Assembly (NCBI GenBank): GCA_965208785.1
Contig: OZ242356.1
Location: forward strand, 1,538,929 to 1,602,928
DNA length: 64,000 bases
Reading direction: 5' to 3'
Source: Acidimicrobiales bacterium
GTDB lineage: Bacteria; Actinomycetota; Acidimicrobiia; Acidimicrobiales; Bin134
Below are positions 1 to 8,369 of this stretch, in pieces; the stretch's first letter is position 1, and each line of letters opens with the position of its first letter. Under the pieces are notes generated by a model, which did not search any database, was not told the origin of the DNA, and saw only the letters and a list, made by a program, of their open reading frames with translations. Both the position numbers and the translations under genes were made by a program.

Positions 1-405
1 ACCGATATCCGCGACGTAGACCCCGCCAGCATCGGTGCTCCGTTCGATTTGGTAACCGCCGATGTGTCGTTCATTTCTCTGACTTCGGTTGTGGAATGCC
101 TGGCCGAGCTGGCCGCGCCAAGCGCACCCGTAGTGGTGTTGGTCAAACCCCAATTCGAAGTCGGGCGAAAACAGGCCAGCCGGGGCCGGGGCGTCATCCG
201 CGACCCCGAGTTATGGCAGGCTGCGCTCGATCGGGTGCTGGATACGGCGACCTCTGCGAGTCTTGCCCCCCAAGCCGCCGCTCCGTCAGCGCTGAAAGGC
301 GCACAGGGAAACGTGGAGTTCTTCCTGCACCTTGAGAAAGGCGGCACCCCCGCCCCGGTGGATTCCGCCCATGTGGTCTCCCAAATTGTCACCCAAGAGG
401 AATAA
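1..405 (+). CDS. tlyA: TlyA-family rRNA 2'-O-methyltransferase, C-terminal part (5' end outside window)
   Basis: Frame 1 is open from nt 1 to TAA 403-405. The segment ADVSFISL...VVLVKPQFE...GNVEFFLHL looks like the TlyA/FtsJ-fold C-terminus. The order tlyA-nadK-recN is conserved in actinobacteria. Confidence 0.75.
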   Translation, partial: TDIRDVDPASIGAPFDLVTADVSFISLTSVVECLAELAAPSAPVVVLVKPQFEVGRKQASRGRGVIRDPELWQAALDRVLDTATSASLAPQAAAPSALKGAQGNVEFFLHLEKGGTPAPVDSAHVVSQIVTQEE

Positions 406-467
406 CCTGACCGCAGTGGCATCCGCTGCTGAGCTTCCCCCCAACACCAAGAGCCGGTGGCTGATGA

Positions 468-693
468 ATGAAGAAGCAGGCCTTGATCAGGCTTCTGCGC
501 GGGATTGCGAGAGACAGGGGAGTCAATCTGCATTTGTTGGCGGCAGGGACGGCACGAAGTCTGGCAATCCGGGGAGGAGCGGCTAGTGATTCCCAGTCAT
601 ACGGAAATCGATGAGCACACTGCGAGGGCTATATTGAAAAAGGCACAGGAATCGTTCGGGAGCAGCAATGGCAGACATTCCAACCCCCGATAG
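468..693 (+). pseudogene. hicA: HicA-family toxin, apparently split by a 1-nt frameshift near nt 540
   Basis: ATG 468 in frame 3 gives MKKQALIRLLRGIARDRGVNLHLL. Frame 1 from ~541 gives RQGRHEVWQSGEERLVIPSHTEIDEHTARAILKKAQ (HicA GxH...P.H.EI....IlK pattern). Neither frame alone makes a full HicA. It overlaps hicB by 26 nt, as in hicAB operons. Confidence 0.5.
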
Positions 694-928
694 TACGTTC
701 AGGGTGGTTGCCCGAGAAGGTGACGAATGGTGGGGCATCCAAGTGCGGAAACTGGATTGGGTATTCTCCCAAGTCCGCCGCCTCCAGGATGCAGAGGAGG
801 CTGTTCAGGATGCCATAGCCGCCTATTTCGATGTGCCGGTCAGCGAAGTGGGTCCCATTGTGATCGACGAGGTGATTGCTGCTGGCACGAGCTTTTTCCC
901 GAACGGCGTCCAGCCAGTTGCGACATAG
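668..928 (+). CDS. hicB: HicB-like antitoxin (N-terminal RNase-H-like fold type)
   Basis: 86-aa ORF starting at ATG 668. FRVVAREGDEWWGIQVRKLDWVFSQVRRLQDAEEAVQDAIAAY resembles the HicB pattern (y.v..e.dg.w.a.vp.l.g..sqg.tleEA...a.eAI). It sits directly downstream of hicA. Confidence 0.6.
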   Translation: MADIPTPDSTFRVVAREGDEWWGIQVRKLDWVFSQVRRLQDAEEAVQDAIAAYFDVPVSEVGPIVIDEVIAAGTSFFPNGVQPVAT

Positions 929-932
929 CTCT

Positions 933-1775
933 ATGGCCGCAATCGCCTTCTTCGTTCACGCTGACCGGTCGGAAGCCCTCAAGCTTGCGGCTGAACTCGT
1001 TGGCCGTTTGGACGGCGACGGTCATGAAATCCGGCTGCTGCCTGAGTCGGCTGAGGCGGTGGACCGCTCCGACCTGGCCCATCTCGACGACCGCATTGGC
1101 GAGAAGCTGGACTTGGCCGTGAGCTTGGGCGGCGACGGGTCCATGCTCCGAGCGGTGACCGCGGTGGCCGACGACGGGGTGCCGGTTCTCGGGGTCAACT
1201 ACGGCTCATTGGGCTATCTGACCGGGATCGAGCCGGATTCGGCCTCAGAGGCAGTCGAGCAGTTCCTAGCCGGGAACTACATCATCGAGGAGCGCATACG
1301 GCTGCACTGTCGACTGGGCAACGGCAGCGAGGTGAGCGCTCTCAACGAGGCCATCGTGGAGAAGGTGGACAGCGGTAGAACTGTCAATCTGGCCGTTCAC
1401 ATCGATGGGGAGTTCTTCACCAGCTACGCCGCCGATGGGCTGATCGCGGCCACTCCTACCGGCTCCACCGCCTACTCCCTGTCGGCGGGCGGACCCATCT
1501 TGGCTCCAACCATGAATGCGGTGATCCTCACCCCGGTGGCCCCCCACACGCTGTTCGACCGCAGCCTGGTACTGCTGCCCGATAGCGAACTAGTCATCGA
1601 GGTGTTGGGCGATCGTCCGGCCGCAGTGGCGGTGGACGGCCGTTCGCTGGGCGAGCTGGGCGAAGGGGGCTCGCTGACGGTCTCGGTTTCTGATCAGCCC
1701 GCACGCCTCGTCACCCTCGGCCAGCGAGGCTTCCACCAAGCCCTCAAGTCGTCCTTCGGCTTGTCCGACCGCTGA
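933..1775 (+). CDS. nadK: NAD(+) kinase
   Basis: GGDGSMLRA motif and the TPTGSTAYSLSAGGPI motif. ATG 933 (MAAIAFFVH) lies just after the hicB stop. The track start at 876 is probably too far upstream. Confidence 0.9.
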   Translation: MAAIAFFVHADRSEALKLAAELVGRLDGDGHEIRLLPESAEAVDRSDLAHLDDRIGEKLDLAVSLGGDGSMLRAVTAVADDGVPVLGVNYGSLGYLTGIEPDSASEAVEQFLAGNYIIEERIRLHCRLGNGSEVSALNEAIVEKVDSGRTVNLAVHIDGEFFTSYAADGLIAATPTGSTAYSLSAGGPILAPTMNAVILTPVAPHTLFDRSLVLLPDSELVIEVLGDRPAAVAVDGRSLGELGEGGSLTVSVSDQPARLVTLGQRGFHQALKSSFGLSDR

Positions 1776-1850
1776 CGGGATGAGGACACCAAGCGTGAGC
1801 GTGAGCGGACCCGTCTCAAGTCGTCCTTCGGCTTGTCCGACCGCTGACGG
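1743..1850. repeat. Perfect 36-bp direct repeat (1743-1778 and 1815-1850) around a 36-bp spacer; duplicates the nadK 3' end including its stop codon
   Basis: ctcaagtcgtccttcggcttgtccgaccgctgacgg occurs twice, 72 nt apart and in the same reading frame as nadK. Confidence 0.95.
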
Positions 1851-1862
1851 TGGCCCGAGGCA

Positions 1863-3440
1863 GTGCTGACTGAGCTGGCCGTAGAGAACCTGGGGGTGAT
1901 CGAGCGGCTCAATCTGGTGTTGGGAGCGGGCATGACTGCGCTGACCGGCGAGACCGGGGCGGGAAAGACCCTGGTGGTGACGGCAGTCGACCTGCTCCTG
2001 GGCGGCCGGGCCGACCCAGCGTTGGTGCGGTTCGGGGCCGGCGAGGCCGTCGTCGAGGGCCGGTTCGACCACGAGGGGGAGGAGGTGGTGCTTCGCAGGG
2101 TGGTGCCTGCCGACGGGCGGGCTCGGGCCTATGTCGACGGCCGGCTAGCGTCGGCCGCCACTCTGGCCGAGCTGGGTGCAGAACTGGTGGACCTGCACGG
2201 TCAGCACGACCACCAGTCGCTGTTGCGCCGGGTTCACCAACGGGCCGCGCTGGATCGATTCGGCGGCGTGGACTTGGCCCCGCTTGTGGAGGCTCGGGCC
2301 GCGTTGGCCGACCTGAACCGCCGACGGGCCGAGCTGGGGGGCGACGAGAGATCCCGGGCTCGGGAGATCGAGCTCTGCCGATTCCAGCTAGCCGAGCTGA
2401 ATGAGGCCGGCCTGGAGAACCCCGACGAGGATGAGGTGCTCAAAGGCGAAGAGGCGGTGCTGGCCGACGCTGCCTCCAGCCGGGACGCGGCCCGACAGGC
2501 GGCGATGTCTCTGGGCGCCGATGGCGCGGTGGGGGCTGGGTTGGCCCAGATGGCCGCCGCCGTGGAGAACCGTCCGCCGCTGGAGGGCCAGCATGAGCGG
2601 CTGGTCAACTTGGTGGCCGAGGTTGGAGACCTGTCAACCGAGCTGCGCCGCGCCGCCGAATCCATTGACGAGAATCCGGCCCGACTGGCCGAGGTCCGCC
2701 AGCGCCGGGAGCTGTTGGTTGATCTGCGCCGCAAGTATGGGGAGACCGTGGCCGAGGTCATGGAGTTCCATCGCGATCTGTCTGACCGCCTCGCGGAGCT
2801 GGAGGACTTCGACCGCTTGGCCAAAGACCTCGACGGGGAGCTAGATCGCCGCACCGCGGCGGTGGCTGAAGCCGGTGCCGAAGTGGGTGCGGCTCGGCGG
2901 CAGGCGGCCCACGCGCTGGGCGAAGAGGTGACCGCCAACCTGCGGGAGCTGGCCATGGCCCGAGCCGAGGTGCAGGTGGCGGTGGGCGACGACCCCGGAG
3001 ACGACGTGGACTTCTTGCTGGCCGCCAACAGCGGGGCCCCCGGCCTGCCTCTGGTGTCGGCTGCATCCGGGGGGGAGCTGGCCAGGGTCATGCTGGCCCT
3101 GCGCTTGGTGGTCAGCGCCGGGCCTCCGGTGCTGGTGTTCGACGAGGTGGACGCCGGCATTGGCGGCCAGGTGGCCCAGACCGTGGGCCGGGCGCTGTCG
3201 CGCCTCACCGCCGATCACCAGGTGTTGGTGGTTACCCACCTGCCCCAGGTGGCAGCGTGTGCCGACTGTCAGGTGAGCGTCGTCAAGCACGACGACGGGG
3301 CATCCACAGCCGTGACCGCCGAGTCCTTGGAAGGCGAGGACCGCGTGATCGAGCTGTCCCGGATGCTGTCCGGCTCGCCCGACAGCCAGAGCGCCCGCCG
3401 CCACGCCTCCGAACTTCTTAAGATGTCCCAGGGTGGCTGA
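1863..3440 (+). CDS. recN: DNA repair protein RecN
   Basis: N-terminal Walker A GETGAGKT, long coiled-coil middle region, C-terminal SGGELARVMLAL signature, ~525 aa. GTG start. Confidence 0.95.
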   Translation: MLTELAVENLGVIERLNLVLGAGMTALTGETGAGKTLVVTAVDLLLGGRADPALVRFGAGEAVVEGRFDHEGEEVVLRRVVPADGRARAYVDGRLASAATLAELGAELVDLHGQHDHQSLLRRVHQRAALDRFGGVDLAPLVEARAALADLNRRRAELGGDERSRAREIELCRFQLAELNEAGLENPDEDEVLKGEEAVLADAASSRDAARQAAMSLGADGAVGAGLAQMAAAVENRPPLEGQHERLVNLVAEVGDLSTELRRAAESIDENPARLAEVRQRRELLVDLRRKYGETVAEVMEFHRDLSDRLAELEDFDRLAKDLDGELDRRTAAVAEAGAEVGAARRQAAHALGEEVTANLRELAMARAEVQVAVGDDPGDDVDFLLAANSGAPGLPLVSAASGGELARVMLALRLVVSAGPPVLVFDEVDAGIGGQVAQTVGRALSRLTADHQVLVVTHLPQVAACADCQVSVVKHDDGASTAVTAESLEGEDRVIELSRMLSGSPDSQSARRHASELLKMSQGG

Positions 3441-3473
3441 CGGTCCACCAGTTGTCGCTCTTCCCCGCTAAGC

Positions 3474-5180
3474 TTGGCAGGCGTGACCAAACACATCTTT
3501 GTCACAGGCGGGGTGGCGAGTTCGCTGGGCAAAGGGCTTACGGCCGCATCACTGGGACGCTTGCTCAAGCAGCGGGGTCTGCGGGTGACCATGCAGAAGC
3601 TCGACCCCTACATCAACGTGGACCCGGGCACCATGAACCCCTTCGAGCACGGCGAGGTGTTCGTCACCGACGACGGCGGGGAGACCGATCTGGATCTCGG
3701 CCACTACGAGCGGTTCATCGACGAGAACCTCACCAAGCTCTCCAACGCCACCACCGGCTCCATCTACTCGTCGGTCATCGCCGCCGAGCGCCAAGGCGAG
3801 TATCTGGGCAAGACGGTTCAGGTGATCCCCCACGTCACCAACGAGATCAAGAACCGCATTGCAAGTTTGGTGTCCGACGATATCGATGTGGTCATCACCG
3901 AGATCGGCGGGACCGTGGGCGACATCGAGATCCTCCCCTTCCTGGAGGCGATACGCCAGATTCGCTTGGACGTGGGACGGGGCAACGTGTGCTATGTCCA
4001 CGTCACCCTGGTGCCCTTCATCGGCCCGACCGGCGAGCAGAAGACCAAGCCCACCCAGCACTCGGTTACCGAGCTCCGCAGCCGGGGGGTTCAGCCCGAT
4101 GCCATCGTGTGTCGCAGCGAGTCGCCCATCTCCGACGAGTTGAAGCGAAAGATCTCCAGCCTTTGCGACGTGGACGTGTCGGCAGTGGTCAACGCGGCCG
4201 ACGCCGAGAGCATCTACGAGATCCCCCTGGTGCTCCACGATGAGGGCCTCGACCGGGTGGTCTGCGACATTCTGCGCTTGAGCCCTTCCGAGCCCGATCT
4301 GTCGGATTGGCAGTGGCTGAACCAGCGAATCGAAATGGCCCAGCGCAGTGTGCGCATCGGCTTGATCGGAAAGTATGTAACCCTCCAAGACGCCTATCTG
4401 TCGGTGGTGGAGGCGCTGAACCACGCCGCCATTCATCAGGGTGCGTCGGTGGAGATCGAGTGGATCCAGGCCGAGAGCGTGGAGGGGCTGATGGTCGACA
4501 GCCTGCTGAGCGGGCTGGACGGCATCGTGATCCCCGGCGGCTTCGGCGAGCGGGGCATCGAGGGCAAGATCAACGCCGCCTCCTATTCCCGTGAGAACGG
4601 CATTCCTTGTCTGGGCCTGTGCCTGGGACTCCAGGTGATGACCATCGACTACGCCCGCAACGCGTTGGGCCTGGCCAATGCCCATTCCAGTGAGTTCGAC
4701 CCCAGCACACCGTGGCCGGTGATCGACCTTATGGAGGCGCAGCGCGGCATCACCGACAAGGGCGGCACCATGCGGCTGGGGGCGTGCCTGGCCAAGCTAC
4801 GACCGGGCACCCAGGTGGCCGAGGCGTACGGCGCTGAAGTGGTGTCGGAGCGCCACCGCCACCGCTACGAGTTCAATCCCAAGCTCCGCAGCCGCTTCGA
4901 GGGCACCGACTTTGTGCTCGCCGGGGAGTCGCCCGACGGCCTCTTGGTGGAGTTCATCGAACTGGACAACCACCCATGGTGGGTGGGAACCCAGGCTCAT
5001 CCCGAGTTCAAGAGCCGTCCCGATCGGCCCGCTCCGCTGTTCTGCGGTTTGGTGAAGGCCGCGTTGGATCGCCGAGAGGGAGGAATGACCGCCGATGACG
5101 CTGCTCCTGCCCTTTCGGAGGCAGGGGATTCAGAGCAGGTCGAGGCGGTTGCTGACACCTCGTCCGCAGTCCGCCGTTGA
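3474..5180 (+). CDS. pyrG: CTP synthase
   Basis: [18 protein letters not shown]-terminus and a glutaminase domain with GLCLGLQ. The start is TTG 3474 or in-frame GTG 3483. Confidence 0.95.
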   Translation: MAGVTKHIFVTGGVASSLGKGLTAASLGRLLKQRGLRVTMQKLDPYINVDPGTMNPFEHGEVFVTDDGGETDLDLGHYERFIDENLTKLSNATTGSIYSSVIAAERQGEYLGKTVQVIPHVTNEIKNRIASLVSDDIDVVITEIGGTVGDIEILPFLEAIRQIRLDVGRGNVCYVHVTLVPFIGPTGEQKTKPTQHSVTELRSRGVQPDAIVCRSESPISDELKRKISSLCDVDVSAVVNAADAESIYEIPLVLHDEGLDRVVCDILRLSPSEPDLSDWQWLNQRIEMAQRSVRIGLIGKYVTLQDAYLSVVEALNHAAIHQGASVEIEWIQAESVEGLMVDSLLSGLDGIVIPGGFGERGIEGKINAASYSRENGIPCLGLCLGLQVMTIDYARNALGLANAHSSEFDPSTPWPVIDLMEAQRGITDKGGTMRLGACLAKLRPGTQVAEAYGAEVVSERHRHRYEFNPKLRSRFEGTDFVLAGESPDGLLVEFIELDNHPWWVGTQAHPEFKSRPDRPAPLFCGLVKAALDRREGGMTADDAAPALSEAGDSEQVEAVADTSSAVRR

Positions 5181-5195
5181 GAGGCAGCGAGGGCG

Positions 5196-5741
5196 GTGAG
5201 CATCGGCATGGGCTTCACCCCGGTTGGAGAGTGCCAAGAGTGGCAAGGTCGGGTGGTGTCCCTGAGCGTTGCCGAGATCAGGGCACCCGACGGCTCGGTC
5301 TATGAGCGGGAGATCATCCGCCATCCCGGAGCTGCGGTTATCGTGCCTCTCGACGGCCAAGAAGTCATCATGATCCGCCAGTATCGAGCTGCGGTCAATC
5401 GGGAGATGCTGGAGATCCCCGCCGGGAAGCTGGACAGCCACGATGAGCCTCCCGAGCTCACCGCGCGGCGGGAGATGGAAGAGGAGATCGGCAAACAAGC
5501 CGGCCGTCTTGAGCTGTTGGCCGTGTTCCACAACTCTCCGGGGTTCTGCGACGAGATCACCCACTGTTATCTGGCCACCGAGTTGACCGACGCCGACCGC
5601 CGTCCCCACGGCATCGAGGAGGAGCACATGGCCATCGAGCGCATCAAGCTGGCCGATGTGCCCGATCTCGTGGCCTCCGGCGAGCTGATCGACGCCAAGT
5701 CCATCGTCGGCCTTATGCTGGCCCGCGAGCGTCTGAGGTGA
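5196..5741 (+). CDS. NUDIX hydrolase (ADP-ribose pyrophosphatase-like)
   Basis: Nudix box GKLDSHDEPPELTARREMEEEIG. It holds the conserved position between pyrG and xerD. Confidence 0.85.
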   Translation: MSIGMGFTPVGECQEWQGRVVSLSVAEIRAPDGSVYEREIIRHPGAAVIVPLDGQEVIMIRQYRAAVNREMLEIPAGKLDSHDEPPELTARREMEEEIGKQAGRLELLAVFHNSPGFCDEITHCYLATELTDADRRPHGIEEEHMAIERIKLADVPDLVASGELIDAKSIVGLMLARERLR

Positions 5742-6658
5742 GCGCAGGAAACGGGGTCGAGGAGTTCTTGGATTGGCTGGTGCTGGAGCGGGGCCGCGCC
5801 CCCAGCACCCGTGAGGCCTATCGCCGGGACTTGAGCGGCTATTGCGAGGTCTTGGTCGCCCGGGGGCGCAGTGCCGAGACGGCCAACGAGGAAGATGTCT
5901 TGGCGCATTTGCGCCAACTGCAAAGCCGGGGAATGGCCCCGGCGTCTATAAGGAGAACGATGACCGCGGTGCGGACGTTTCACCAGTTTCTCGTGGTAGA
6001 CGGCTTGCGGGACGACGACCCTTGTTCCCATGTGGAAATTCCCAGGGTGCCCGCCAGTGTTCCGGGGGCGCTGAGTGAGGCCGAAGTGGATGCCATCTTG
6101 GACGCGGTGAACGGCAGCGACCGGGTATCGCGGCGAGACAGGGCCATGTTGGAGGTGCTCTATGGCACAGGAATGCGCATAAGCGAGCTGGTTGGGATGT
6201 CGCTGAGCGATGTGGACATGGCCGAGTCCCTCGTGCGGGTCTTAGGCAAGGGGCAAAGGGAACGGATTCTGCCGGTGGGCCGATGCGCTCAAGAGGCGCT
6301 GGCCGCGTGGCTGGTCCACGCCGGGCGAGGGGAGATGGAGCCCGAGCGCTGGGCATCCCAGCATGACCAGGAAGCGGTTTGGATCAACCAGCGGGGACGG
6401 CGCCTGTCGCGACAGGGTGCCTGGAGTGTGGTGAAGAAGAGGGCTCAGCAGGCAGCGCTGGGCGCCAAAGTCACCCCCCATGTGTTCCGCCACTCCTGTG
6501 CCACCCACATGCTGGACCATGGGGCCGACATCCGGGCGGTGCAAGAGCTCTTGGGCCATGCCTCCATCAGCACCACGCAGGTGTACACCATGGTGTCCAA
6601 GGAGAAGCTCTGGGAGGTTTATCGGGCTGCCCACCCGCGGGCGACGCTCAGCCGGTGA
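5738..6658 (+). CDS. xerD: Tyrosine recombinase XerD
   Basis: SAM-like N-terminal domain plus catalytic motifs HVFRHSCATHML and LGHASISTTQVYT. Overlaps the nudix stop by 4 nt. Confidence 0.85.
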   Translation: MSAGNGVEEFLDWLVLERGRAPSTREAYRRDLSGYCEVLVARGRSAETANEEDVLAHLRQLQSRGMAPASIRRTMTAVRTFHQFLVVDGLRDDDPCSHVEIPRVPASVPGALSEAEVDAILDAVNGSDRVSRRDRAMLEVLYGTGMRISELVGMSLSDVDMAESLVRVLGKGQRERILPVGRCAQEALAAWLVHAGRGEMEPERWASQHDQEAVWINQRGRRLSRQGAWSVVKKRAQQAALGAKVTPHVFRHSCATHMLDHGADIRAVQELLGHASISTTQVYTMVSKEKLWEVYRAAHPRATLSR

Positions 6659-7113
6659 TCCATCTGGTTCGGCGCTTCTTCCAGGCCCTTCTCGATCAGG
6701 GCCCTGATGCCGCCGAAGAGGATTGGCTGGTTGGCCTGTTGAGCGAGCGGGAGGCGGCCCTATACGCCCAGATGAGCGAAGCTGACCGCAGCCACGCGCT
6801 GCGGTCGGCCCGATGTCCCGCGCTGGCTGACGATGCCCAGCGGGTGGCCGCGGCTCTTCACGACGTTGGGAAGATCCGGGCTGGTCTGGGGACGGGGGCC
6901 CGAGTGGTCGCAACCGTGGTAGGGGCCGTTCTACCCGGTCTTTTGAAAGGCCGGTGGGCCGATTATCAGGATCATCCTCGCCTGGGGGCGGAGATGCTGC
7001 GAGACGCCGGCAGCGCCGAGCTCGCGGTGGTTTGGGCTGCGGAGCACCACCTGCCCCTTGCCGGATCCTCCCTGCCCCGCGAAGTGGTCGCCGCGCTGGC
7101 TGCTGCTGACTAA
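6655..7113 (+). CDS. HD-domain protein
   Basis: AAALHDVGK (HD motif) and a downstream HP...AAEHH. GTG 6655 overlaps the xerD stop (GTGA). The upstream part of track ORF 6379-7113 overlaps xerD and is not credible. Confidence 0.6.
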   Translation: MIHLVRRFFQALLDQGPDAAEEDWLVGLLSEREAALYAQMSEADRSHALRSARCPALADDAQRVAAALHDVGKIRAGLGTGARVVATVVGAVLPGLLKGRWADYQDHPRLGAEMLRDAGSAELAVVWAAEHHLPLAGSSLPREVVAALAAAD

Positions 7114-7131
7114 TCGGAAGCCGGTAGGCTT

Positions 7132-8340
7132 TTGCCCGTGCCCACCGAGATTCCCAAGATCATCAGCGTGGACGACCACTTGGTGGAGCCCGCCCACCTG
7201 TGGCAGAGCTGGCTGCCGGAGCGGTTCAAGGAGCGGGGCCCGCGGGTGGAGCGCCGCCGGGTGGGGCCCATCACCTACATCGGCGGGCCCAAGATGTACA
7301 CCTACGAGCTTGACGTGGAAGACGGGCCGTGGGGCGACGTGTGGTTCTACGAGGACCTCGTCTATCCCAACAAGCGCCATGTGGCCGCAGTGGGCTTCGA
7401 CCGCGACGACATGGAGGCCGTGCCGATCACCTTCGACGAGATGCGCCCGGGGTGCTACGAGCCCAAAGCCCGGGTAGAGGACATGGAGATGAACCATGTG
7501 GAGGCGTCGCTGTCGTTCCCGACGTTCCCCCGGTTCTGCGGCCAGACCTTCTTGGAGGCCGATGACAAGGAGATGGCCCTGGCCTGCGTGCAGGCTTACA
7601 ACGACTTCATGATCGAGGAGTGGTGCGGCGACTCCAACGGCGCGCTCATCCCCTTGGCCATCATCCCGCTTTGGGATGTGGAGCTGGCCAGAGCCGAGGT
7701 GGAGCGCAACGCGGCCCGGGGCTGCCATGCGGTGTGCTTCAGCGAGATCGCCCCCAATTTGGGCCTGCCCAGCATCCACACCGACTACTGGGATCCGTTC
7801 TTCGCCGCCTGCCAGGACACCGCCACCGCGGTGTGCATGCACATCGGCTCATCGTCGGTGATGCCCGCCGCCTCCCCCGACGCTCCGCCGGCGGTGGCGG
7901 CCTCGCTCAGCTTCAACAACGCCATCGCTTCGATGAGCGACTTCTTGTTCTCCGGGGTGCTTGTTCGGTTCCCCAGGCTGAAGCTGGCCTACTCCGAGGG
8001 CCAGATCGGGTGGATCCCCTACATCTTGGAGCGCTGCGACGACGTCTGGAGCGAGCACCGGGCCTGGGGCGGGGTGAGGGACACGATTCCCGAGCCGCCG
8101 TCCACCTACTACTACCGCCAGATCTACGGCTGCTTCTTCCGCGACAACCACGGATTGAAGTCTCTCGACGAGGTGGGCGTGGACAACGTGACCTTCGAGA
8201 CCGACTACCCCCACACCGACACCACATGGCCCCACACCAAGAAGGCGGCCGAAGACATGATGGGCCACCTCCCCCCCGATGTGGTCCACAAGCTGGTGCG
8301 GGGCAACGCCGCCCGCCTCCTCAACCTCGACATCGACTGA
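7132..8340 (+). CDS. Amidohydrolase-2 family metal-dependent hydrolase
   Basis: N-terminal ISVDDHLVEP and C-terminal FETDYPHTD motifs typical of the ACMSD/amidohydrolase_2 family. 402 aa. Confidence 0.75.
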   Translation: MPVPTEIPKIISVDDHLVEPAHLWQSWLPERFKERGPRVERRRVGPITYIGGPKMYTYELDVEDGPWGDVWFYEDLVYPNKRHVAAVGFDRDDMEAVPITFDEMRPGCYEPKARVEDMEMNHVEASLSFPTFPRFCGQTFLEADDKEMALACVQAYNDFMIEEWCGDSNGALIPLAIIPLWDVELARAEVERNAARGCHAVCFSEIAPNLGLPSIHTDYWDPFFAACQDTATAVCMHIGSSSVMPAASPDAPPAVAASLSFNNAIASMSDFLFSGVLVRFPRLKLAYSEGQIGWIPYILERCDDVWSEHRAWGGVRDTIPEPPSTYYYRQIYGCFFRDNHGLKSLDEVGVDNVTFETDYPHTDTTWPHTKKAAEDMMGHLPPDVVHKLVRGNAARLLNLDID

Positions 8341-8351
8341 TTCCCAATCGA

Positions 8352-8369
8352 CAGACTGCGGTCAGTCTG
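8352..8369. terminator. Short hairpin (7-bp stem cagactg/cagtctg, 4-nt loop) between convergent genes
   Basis: Inverted repeat read directly in the 21-nt gap between the amidohydrolase and kgd. It overlaps the kgd stop codon. No T-run follows. Confidence 0.3.

Noticed and set aside
1743-1850. A 36-bp repeat / 36-bp spacer / 36-bp repeat layout that superficially resembles a minimal CRISPR array. The same applies to 18479-18578.
   Set aside because: There are only two copies, no cas genes in the window, and no leader. The nadK copy is part of a coding sequence. It is better explained as a local duplication.
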